A stretch of 22,691 nt of DNA from Catajapyx aquilonaris (lineage: Eukaryota). The notes below the pieces were generated by a model. The model was given only the letters and a program-made list of their open reading frames with translations. It did no database searches and had not been told where the DNA came from. How positions within the stretch are numbered: the stretch's first letter is position 1; each line of letters begins with the position of its first letter. The DNA is taken from contig JYFJ02001344.1 in the NCBI GenBank assembly GCA_000934665.2, forward strand, positions 62,001-84,691, in the 5' to 3' direction. Position numbers and translations under genes: made by a program. Below, in pieces: positions 1 through 8,510 of the stretch.

Positions 1-127
1 ATAATAATAATAATAATAACAACATTCATATTCCGCAATCTGACCTGAATAAAATTAAATAATTGACATTAATAATTATGTATGAAAATATGAAAATGAT
101 TCCAAGTGTTTCCCCGCTACGTTTTCA

Positions 128-221
128 AATCGATACTATCGAACCACTCGAACTATCAGTATCATTTTTTGTCACTATGGTATCGATTGATTACTATTTT
201 TAATCTTTTCAAGATGGCCGC
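128..221 (+). promoter_or_regulatory. Putative KDSR promoter motifs: two DRE-like elements and a YY1/Pho-like site
   Basis: AATCGATA (128-135) and TATCGATT (181-188) are 7/8 matches to the DRE (TATCGATA). CAAGATGGCCGC (210-221) resembles the YY1/Pho consensus CAAGATGGCGGC, ~105 nt upstream of the KDSR ATG. Motif match only. Confidence 0.4.
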
Positions 222-325
222 TTTGTAACAGTCGTTTTTTTTTTTTGGTTGAGCCGGTTAGAATTTTTTTTGAGTCGTTTTCAGGACGATTTTTGGTCCA
301 AAAAGTGGTTGGAAATTAGGAAGAG

Positions 326-2917
326 ATGTTGGTGGTCGTAGTGGGCCTCGTGGTTGGGATTGGACTGGTGCTGGTCGTCCTCCAGCACGTCTTGAAGAAG
401 CCAACGGACATCACAGGGAAGCACGTGATGGTATTAAAATATTTGGCATTGAGAAAGACTAATATTAAAAAATATTCATAATTATATATTTAAAAATAAT
501 TTAAGAACCAAATGTATGACATATTCAGATGAGTTGTCGCATTATTTCCTATAATATGTTTACAGCGGACTGCAGACAATTTAATGCTTCGTGCGCATTG
601 TTGCGACCAAATTATATTTTCATGCCTGTCGTACGCAAGGGGGTTGGTGCACCAGCCATTATTTTCTGTAGTCCCTGAATTACTCTTTCAGAACTCCCAC
701 TGGTAGCGTCTCATGTCTTTTTGGCTTCGTATGCAGCTGGCGAATAACCTTCAATTTCTGTCACCGCTAGATGCTCCGCATGTTGGAATGTTGCCCAACC
801 TTAACAGCTGCCAATTAATCGAGTTAGAGTGGGAATAAATCAGTTGCTCGACAGACTCACAACATGGGGCTGCTACTTTTGCAATATGTCACAAGAGGTA
901 GTAACATACGAGGCCAAGTGTGCGTGTTTGTCCGACCATTTAATTTTTTATTCCCATAATGTAATATGAAAATGGGAATCAAATGGACAAGAAACTTTGC
1001 CATTATATGTTTCCACATCTTATGCAAATTTTGTTTGTTTGTTTGTCCAGGTTTGGGAACCATTGTAACCCATCATAATGGTTCCCAAACCTCGACAAAC
1101 AAATAAACAAACAAATGCAGTTACCGAAGCAACTAGATTATCAATTGTGTAATTAAATTGATTTTACGAATTAATTGATTTAATTCTAAGCCACCTTATT
1201 AATTATTTATTTTAGTAAGCAACCATTTTAATAATTATTTCAGTAATTAACCATTTTATTTATTAATTATTTTATTAATTAAACATTTTGATTATTATTT
1301 ATTTGAGCTATGATTTATGCGTTCGATTAATTATTAAATATGTGTTCATAATTTTCCATATGCTTATAGTGTATCTGTTGATTATTTTATTTGATGAATT
1401 ATCTCATTTTAGCAATTAATCACTTTCACAATTAATTTACTGAATAATCTATATATTTTAATAATCAATCAATTTCAATATGAATTAATTTTGTGTTCAA
1501 TATATTAATAATGGCATTTTATTTATTTATTGCACTATTAATATTTACTTAATTATTAGGGCTAATATTTAATTAATAAGTTATTTTATTGTTTAATCAA
1601 TTTATATTTAATTTGTGTGCGTAATTTATGTTATTTTTATTGTAAATGTATTTTATTGTGAATGCAATTTATTTCAGTTTATTGCCTATGTATTTATTTT
1701 TAGTTAATTTATCATTATATATTAATTGTGCATAAAATTGACTCGACAGCTGCGACAGATTCTGATGCTTTCTGTTCACTAGGTGACAGGGGGATCAAGT
1801 GGTATCGGCCTGTGCGTGGGTGTGGAGGCGGCCAAACGAGGTGCAAACGTGACCCTGATGGCCCGTGACCCGACCCGACTTGAACAGGCGAAAGAGGAGG
1901 TCAGGCGTCACCTGGTGTCCCCTCAGACCCAGAAGGTGCACACGGTGAGTGCGGACGTGTCGGGGGATTACGAGGAGGTGGAGCGGGCGGTGGAGGCGGC
2001 GCAGGACGAGATGGGCCCCGTGGCTGTGATGGTGGCCTGCGCTGGGACGTCCGTCAGCGCCAGGTTTGAGGACACCCCTCTCCAGGAGTTCCAGGTGAGT
2101 CCCGCCGTAACGCAGAACGATCCTTTAACTCATTAGTGGCAACTGCAGCGACTGATGAAGATCAACTACATGGGAACCGTCCACGCCATTCGTGCCACGC
2201 TGCCAACCATGAAGAGGTCTGGTGGCGGCCACATCGTGCTGGTCTCCTCAGTGGCTGGGTCCATGGGAGTGTTTGGGTACACGGCATACTCCGGGTCGAA
2301 GTTTGCCCTCAGAGGTCTGGCCGAGTCGCTTCAAATGGAGGTCAGGCCGTACGGTGTTAAGGTCACGCTGTCCATGCCGCCAGACACGGACACGCCAGGA
2401 TTCAGGGAGGAGGAGAAGAGCAAGCCGCAGGAGACCAGGCTCATATCAAGTGCCGGAGGTGTCATGTCGCCACAGGTCGTTGCAAACGACCTGGTCAGGG
2501 ACGCCCTGGTTAGTCCGGCTGCCATTAAAAAAAAAAGTATGCATATTAATTATGGATTAATTAATTTCGCAGCTGGGTAAGTTCCTGAGCACAAGTGGAT
2601 TCGACGCATGGATGGTGACACTTGTGACATCTGGAATGTCACCCGTCGCGTCCGCTCTGGAATTGTCAGCTCAGGTAAGGCAATTTCATGGCGATTGTGT
2701 TTGATGAATGCGAATGAATAACTAGCATGGTTGCCATGAGAGCCAAACATGGACAAACAAACGGAAAAGTTCGACCCGATTAACTTTATTATTATTTCTT
2801 TTCCAGGTGTTTCTGATGGGTGTGGTGCGATTCGTGGGCGTGCTTCACTTGCTTCACTTCGACCGGATCGTGCGTAAGTGCGTGAAGACTCGTGACCAGA
2901 ACAAAAAGCTCGAGTAA
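326..2917 (+). CDS. KDSR: 3-ketodihydrosphingosine reductase (SDR family); join(326..430,1783..2094,2149..2508,2573..2674,2807..2917), 329 aa
   Basis: Five exons joined by GT-AG introns, all phase 0. Features in order: hydrophobic N-terminal anchor (MLVVVVGLVVGIGLVLVVL), NADPH motif VTGGSSGIG, catalytic YSGSK (YxxxK), KDSR-typical LAESLQMEV..PPDTDTPGF..E..KP.ETRLIS, C-terminal hydrophobic segment, and a KKLE* dilysine ER-retrieval signal. Confidence 0.95.
1030..1111. repeat. Inverted repeat with 35-bp arms and a 12-nt loop in KDSR intron 1, built from the GTTT/GGACAAAC repeat family
   Basis: tttgtttgtttgtttgtccaggtttgggaaccatt (1030-1064) pairs with aatggttcccaaacctcgacaaacaaataaacaaa (1077-1111) with 2 mismatches. 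Confidence 0.8.
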
Positions 2918-3563
2918 TCTCACGGGTAACGAAAAAGCATCAAAAAATGACATTTTCCGAAGAAAACATTCCAATCCATTTCCAAAAAAAAAAAAAAAAA
3001 AGATGGACCAACCAGCTTTATTTGCTACGATTAATTTTCACAGCTTGTAAAATGTATACATTTTTTTTCTTCTTCAATTTCTGTACGTCTCGTTGTGAAC
3101 TACAAAACTACAAAAAATTGATTGACAGTTTTCTGAACACATGGGTTTAATCTCCTTGGCTAATTAGTCGTTAAATTGACTAGTTGCTTTCGACACACAA
3201 AAATTGACATTCATATCTACAAAATGCTTGTTTATATGTTATAAAAAAGCGTAATGACTGAGATCAGTACATGAATATATGGGGGGGGCGATGAATGCGA
3301 TTGTCACGCGAATGCGATTCAGATTTGGCTGCATTGCGCTTACATTTTGTACACATGGCCGCAACTAACGAAGGGCCAATCGTTACCAAAGAGAATTTTT
3401 TTTAACCGGTAATGACTAAAAAAAAAAATGACATTTTCCCCCCTGACTACGTACACTGAGAATAATTTTTAGGGAACGCTGCCTCACTGTATGGCACAAA
3501 ATATATCTCACAACCTATCACTGGTCATCTCAGGTCATCTCCCGAGTGACCTTTTCCAGTCTT

Positions 3564-6105
3564 CTATGGCCTCCTTTCCGATCCGCCCTTTAGAGCCGCT
3601 GGGTTTGGGTATTGCGGATGCTCAATCACACCTTTGCCGAACTTCAGCTCGAGGAAGTCCCTCGCATTGTTCGGTACCGAGGCGTCGACTCCGACGAACT
3701 CAAGTCGCTCTAACGGTTTCAAAAAGCGCTCCGGAAACTCCATGTCCTGCGGATGCCCCAGAATCCATGTGTCCTTAGTCATGATCCCGCCGGAGCTCCG
3801 AAACGGGAAGATGTCAACATGCAACCTGGAATATTCGGGGTCAATCGTATGCATGACTAGCTCAGGTTACGTACCGGTACCTGTTAATGTGGGAGTAGTG
3901 AACGCGGAAGAAGTCGCCTTCTTTCGCCTTTTCCCAGACGAATCCAGATGCGTCTTCGGCCGGGCTTTTCCTGCGGGCTTCCTGCAGCGGCTTGCATTTG
4001 GATATATCGTCTGCGTACATTCCCAGGTCTACGTCGTAGTCCCATGGTATTATATCGCCGGTACGTACTGCGCCAAGTAAGCTACCGCCTTCCAACCAGT
4101 AGCGGACACCCGAGTCGTCCAGAGTCTGCGGGACATTGTGTTACAATCGGGGCCATTAAATGTGATTTAACTGACCTGCATGACATGCCGGGCCGTTTGT
4201 CTCAAGCCTTCGAGGCAGCATGGGGGTGTCCATCGACCTAGATGAAGGTAGTTTGGCGTGTCGTTCAGTACCGTCGGGAAGCATCGTGGCGTGTCTCGCC
4301 TGCAGCCGAACCAGTCTTCTTCAACGCCTTCACCGTCGCCATCACCGCTGTTCCGCACCACCCGTTTCATACCCATCTGGCGGTACAGATTGGCCAGACG
4401 AGCCGGAAGCAACTGCTCGTGCTTCCATCGCAGGTGGGAGTCCATGAAGAGCTGTCGGCCCGGTTGAAACACAACGGACTTCAGCAGCTGGACCTGAAAC
4501 GAACTGCGTCACACCCTGCTAGAGTACGCGACACGGCTTTACCTTCACGCGTCTGACCGCCGTTTGCAAGTACAGCGCTTCAGGAAACGGCCTGAGAAAC
4601 GGCTGGGCCAGGTCGGCCAGCAGCCTCGTCTCCATCATCACCACGTGTCTGTCGGCAATCGCATCGCACTTCCTGAAGTCTGACGCTCTGTACGAGTACT
4701 CAAGGGTCCAGCGGCGCACGCTCACTTTCAGGAGCATGCATTTGGTGGATGTGCCGGGAAACCTGGCGGCCACGGCCGACACGCTGTTGTCAAGTTCATG
4801 CAGCATCTGCTTCAGCTGGTATCCGGCGTCCAGACGTGTCGAGTCCGGCACGATCGCCACGTACCTGCAACCACACCATTTTGTTAAGAGTTACATGATA
4901 ATAAATGCAATCAACAACAATCAATCTTTGTTGAAAGCAAACCAGGACAAACAGACAGACAAACACGTAGCAGCTGGTTGCCACAGCAAACAAACTATGG
5001 CTTTTATAATAATAAATTTGCAGTACATTACTTTATTATAATTATATTATTTTATATTTAATCATTATTGGAAACCTGGACAAACAGACAAGCACATGGT
5101 AGCTTGTTGCCATGGTAAACATTGGCAAAGGAACTTTGTCTTTTATAATAGTAGACATTATTTTACTTATTACATTACACTATGTATAATTATTCATTTT
5201 TTAAATTATTCATTATGTAATTATTATTTTATACTCTTAAAAGTATGTTATTAATATTTTACTATTATTGCATATTGGAAACCTGGACAAACAGACAAAC
5301 ACATGGTAGCGGGTTGCCATGGCAGACAAACAGACGAATTTCGACTTTTATATTAGTAGAGATTTATTATTTTTAATTATATTATACAAGTATATTATTA
5401 TTGCTTACTGGAAATTTGGACAAAGAAACAAACTTTGTGTGTCATAGTAGTAGACCTTTCCTGTTTATTATTATTAAAATATTTTATTAAGTAATTATTA
5501 TATTATGTTATACAAGCATTTTAGTTTTTAAATATGATTGCTTATTGGAAACCCGGACAAGCGGACAAACTCTGCTTTTTATACATAATAATGATGCGGA
5601 TTTATAGTGCTCGTGTAGTGAGACCTGGTCTTGATGTAACTGATGGGGTCGAGATCCCTGAAGCGACTGGTGAGCTGTGGGTCGGTGGTGACCAGTCGGA
5701 CGTTGGTGGAGTTGTGGAGCTTCAAGGGCGGGTAGGGGTACTTCTCGGTGACCACCAGGACCCTCAGGGTGGGCATGGAGGAGAGGAAGGACCTGACCGT
5801 GGCCGGCACGTCGTTGTCGAAGTCCTCGAAGTCGTATATGACGACGGTGACGAACTCTGCCACGCTCATGTTGCTGTCCCTGCTCCAGGCCTTCAGCTGG
5901 GAGAGCTGGGGTCGCCTCAAGAGGTCCTGTCTGCGGAGGAGGTAAAGGGTCAGCATGCCTTGTCCCAAGTGGGTGTCCCCCAGCCAGCCAACCTGTCGTA
6001 GTAGGGCCTGTCCGATCCGCTGAGGTACCTCCAGAGCAGGTATATCGAGAGGAGGTTGAGCACCAGGAAGGTGAGGGTGACGCACTTCAAGCGACGGACT
6101 TTCAT
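3564..6105 (-). CDS. FKRP: Fukutin-related protein (ribitol-5-phosphate transferase, LicD/nucleotidyltransferase fold); complement(join(3564..3825,3881..4125,4176..4493,4543..4864,5625..5930,5993..6105)), 521 aa; alternative in-frame ATG at 6144
   Basis: Six exons with phase-consistent GT-AG introns of 62, 760, 49, 50 and 55 nt. Type II signal anchor ([25 protein letters not shown]), [18 protein letters not shown]....RCF..WTPPCC zinc-binding cysteines, [26 protein letters not shown] (DxD), LHVDIFPF and FLELKFG.GVIE.PQYPNP all match FKRP as I know it. Confidence 0.95.
4936..5590 (-). mobile_element. Five short Helitron-5'-end-like fragments separated by AT-rich spacers in FKRP intron 2
   Basis: Units near 4938, 5070, 5277, 5410 and 5547 read ggaaacctggacaaacagac...gttgcca...cttttata..agtaga on +. 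On - this is TCTACTAATATAAAAG followed by GTCT/GTTT microsatellite, the layout of non-autonomous arthropod Helitron 5' ends. No 3' hairpin-CTAG end seen. Confidence 0.5.
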
Positions 6106-6293
6106 CGCCAGGGAGACCGCTGCAGCCTTCTCAGACTCGCCCATGCAGCGCCTCTCCAACTAACTGGGGGTGCTTCCAACGCTCCAGGCAAACTAGTTGT
6201 TGGGGGGCCTCGGAGGCGCCGGAATTTGGCACGCGAATTGTGTGTGTGGTGCAAAAATTTAAGCGAAAAAATCACGGGAAATTATCACCGGGC

Positions 6294-6305
6294 GCTGCCA
6301 TCTTG
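6294..6305 (-). promoter_or_regulatory. YY1/Pho-like site upstream of FKRP
   Basis: CAAGATGGCAGC on the - strand, co-oriented with FKRP and ~190 nt upstream of the ATG at 6105, in a similar arrangement to KDSR. Confidence 0.35.
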
Positions 6306-6781
6306 GATTCAGGGTTGCCAATGCAAGGTTTACACGTTCAAGGCGCAACAGTGCGGACTGCGTTCGGCCCAATAGGAACACGGAATTGAGTCTCGCGCAT
6401 GCGTACTACTGGGAAATTGCTGGAACATGTAAATTGCTAGCTACTTTAGCCAGTTGAGTACAGGTTGAATATTAGCTATTGGTAGCAGTTAATTGCAGGA
6501 TTGCCAATGGCAGGTTTACACGTTCAAGGCGCAACAGTGCTGACTGGGTTCGAACCAATAGGAACACGGAATTGAGTCTCGCGCATGCGTACTAGTGGGA
6601 AATTGCTGGAACGTGTAAATATTTAGCTACTTTAGCCAGTTGAGTATTAGCTATTGGGAGCAGTTATTTGCAGGGTTGCCAATGGCAGGTTTACACGTGC
6701 AAGGCGCAACACTTCGGACCAATAAGAACGTGGCAATGAGTCTCACGCATGCGCACTGATTGAATGCTGCTGAAACACAAG

Positions 6782-7152
6782 CAGCCCACGGACACTTATA
6801 CTACGTTCTGGCGTTATCAGCTGCCGAGGGATTACGCAACGGGTGCCCACTAGAGATCGCTACGAGACATTTCCCAAGGCTATCATGTGGCGACCCTACC
6901 GGACTAAGGCTGAACTTTACAGGTACGAAGGGGAGGGCTACATTGGGGGGCCCAACATGGCCGCTGGCGGCCATATTGGGCCAGCATGTAGCCCTCCCCT
7001 TCGTACCTGTAAAGTTCAGCCTTAGTCCGGTAGGGTCGCCACATGATAGCATTGGGAAATGTCTCGTAGCGATCTCTAGTGGGCACCCGGTGCGTAATCC
7101 TTCGGCAGGGGGTGGGTGGGGAGTGACCTAACCTGAGTCTTCTACAGCCGTG
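6782..7152. mobile_element. Non-autonomous palindromic DNA transposon, copy 1 (371 bp, 8-bp TSD AACACAAG, internal 288-bp hairpin 6821-7108)
   Basis: TSD at 6774-6781 and 7153-7160. Ends are CAGCCCACGG... and ...CAGCCGTG. Arms are complementary apart from 4 mismatches and one asymmetric bubble. Homologous to 7897-8270. Confidence 0.9.
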
Positions 7153-7896
7153 AACACAAGCTTGCAGTTAATTTTTTGCCAGTTATTCATATTAGCTAAT
7201 CGTAGCGGTTATTTTATGCTGTAGCGTTTTGTTGACTTATATTAGCTCGAAGTAGCAGCTGCATACAGGGTTGGTAATATTAGGTTTACACATTCAAGGC
7301 GCAACGGTTCTGACCGATATGGACCAATAGGAACAAGGATTGCTCCACGCGCCTGCGTATCGTCGTTAAACAACTGGAACGTGTTAAAATACTTACATAC
7401 AGGGTAGCCAATAGCAAGTTTACACATTCAAGGCGCTAAAGTTTGGATCTGTTTGGACCAGGTTTGGACCAATAGAAAAGCAGTATTGCGTCACACGCAT
7501 GCGCACCGACTTATGACGATGAACGTGTAGAGTTATAGCAACTTTTGCCAGCTATTTATATTAGCTCAAAGCAGCAGTTATATGCTTACAGCTGCCTATC
7601 ATTGCCAGTTATTTATATCGCGCTAAAAGGAATAGCTATCTGCTGTAATATTTGTAAAATCAGGGCCGAAAGCAGCTTATTTATGTTATAAATAACCTGT
7701 TAACTGCTAACACATAAATAAACATCTTTCTAAGCGGTTATCCCAAGCGTTATCTTTTCCCTATATCATATAACTGCTACTTAGAGATAATATAGCTGTC
7801 AAAAAGTAGCTAGATATTTACACGATTCAACCCTTTTCAACAGTACGCATGCGTGCGGCTCAATACCGTGCGTCTATTGGTCCGTACAGTTGCGCC

Positions 7897-8270
7897 CAGC
7901 ACACGGACAGTTATACTACGTTCTGGCGTTATCACCTGCCGAGGCGTTTTGCAGCGATTTCTCACCTGAGACCGCCATAAGACATTTCGGAGCCTCGACA
8001 AGTGGCGACCCTACCGGACCAAGGTTGAACTTTATAGGTACGAAAGGGGGGGGGGGGCTACATGATGACCCAACATGGCCGCCGGCGGCCATGTTGGGCC
8101 ACCCAATGTAGCCCCCCCCTTTCGTACCTATAAAGTTCAACCTTGGTCCGGTAGGGTCGCCACTTGTCGAGGCTCCGAAATGTCTCATGGCGGTCTCAGG
8201 TGAGAAATCGCTGCAAAACGCCCCGGCAGTGGGGGGGTGGGAGTGACCTAACCTGTCTTCTATAACCATG
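7897..8270. mobile_element. Non-autonomous palindromic DNA transposon, copy 2 (374 bp, 8-bp TSD GTTGCGCC, internal 294-bp hairpin 7936-8229)
   Basis: TSD at 7889-7896 and 8271-8278. Removing the element and one TSD restores an intact inverted copy of the host repeat (compare the reverse complement of 6671-6758). Arms differ by 2 mismatches, a G12/C8 run and one asymmetric bubble. Confidence 0.92.
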
Positions 8271-8446
8271 GTTGCGCCTTTAACGTATAAACATGCGTTT
8301 GGCAACCATGCACTTGTCTGGAAACTTGAATAAATTTTAACATCTACAAAACTTATTTTAAAATGATCCGGATTTTTAAATACATGTATATTATAAAAGC
8401 AAAATTAATGTCGATTCATAATTATGGCATGTGAGAGCCGTTCCGA

Positions 8447-8481
8447 GTGACGTCACGTCCTGTCGGTTCAAAGTTTTCGAA
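8447..8481 (+). promoter_or_regulatory. Putative PMF1 promoter: palindromic CRE plus two CHR-like elements
   Basis: GTGACGTCAC at 8447-8456, TTCAAA (TTTGAA on -) at 8467-8472 and TTCGAA at 8476-8481, 30-65 nt upstream of the ATG at 8511. Motif match only. Confidence 0.4.
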
Positions 8482-8510
8482 CATCTCTTTTGCCTTCCAT
8501 TGTCCCTCGA

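Larger units (their letters stand above)
6310..8310. mobile_element. Foldback/MITE-like repeat of ~135-185-bp units starting CAGGGTTGCCA: five direct units and one inverted unit, host to two nested insertions
   Basis: Direct units start at 6310, 6496, 6671, 7266 and 7400 (cagggttgccaatg..ggtttacacgttcaaggcgcaac..ccaatag..gcgcatgcg..tagctac). The inverted unit spans ~7770-7896 plus 8279-8310 and ends ttggcaaccatg. No convincing TSD at the outer ends. Confidence 0.65.

Noticed and set aside
4936..5590. Repeat-spacer pattern resembling a CRISPR array
   Set aside because: Repeats are variable in length and degenerate, spacers are low-complexity AT, and the block lies in a spliceosomal intron.
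3491..6001. Plus-strand ORFs over FKRP (e.g. 3634-4080, 4242-4556, 5534-6001)
   Set aside because: Antisense shadows of GC3-rich FKRP exons.
6821..8229. Endogenous parvovirus/densovirus termini or miRNA precursors
   Set aside because: There is no NS1/Rep or capsid ORF nearby, and each hairpin lies inside an element with its own 8-bp TSD. The stems are much longer than pre-miRNAs. Only the flip/flop analogy is retained.
6760..8305. Mirror-image ORFs on both strands (6760-7131, 6801-7052, 6843-7025, 6904-7086, 7890-8111, 7916-8305)
   Set aside because: They arise from GC-rich palindromes. There are no splice signals or transposase/Rep motifs, and the similarity between ORFs is explained by DNA symmetry.
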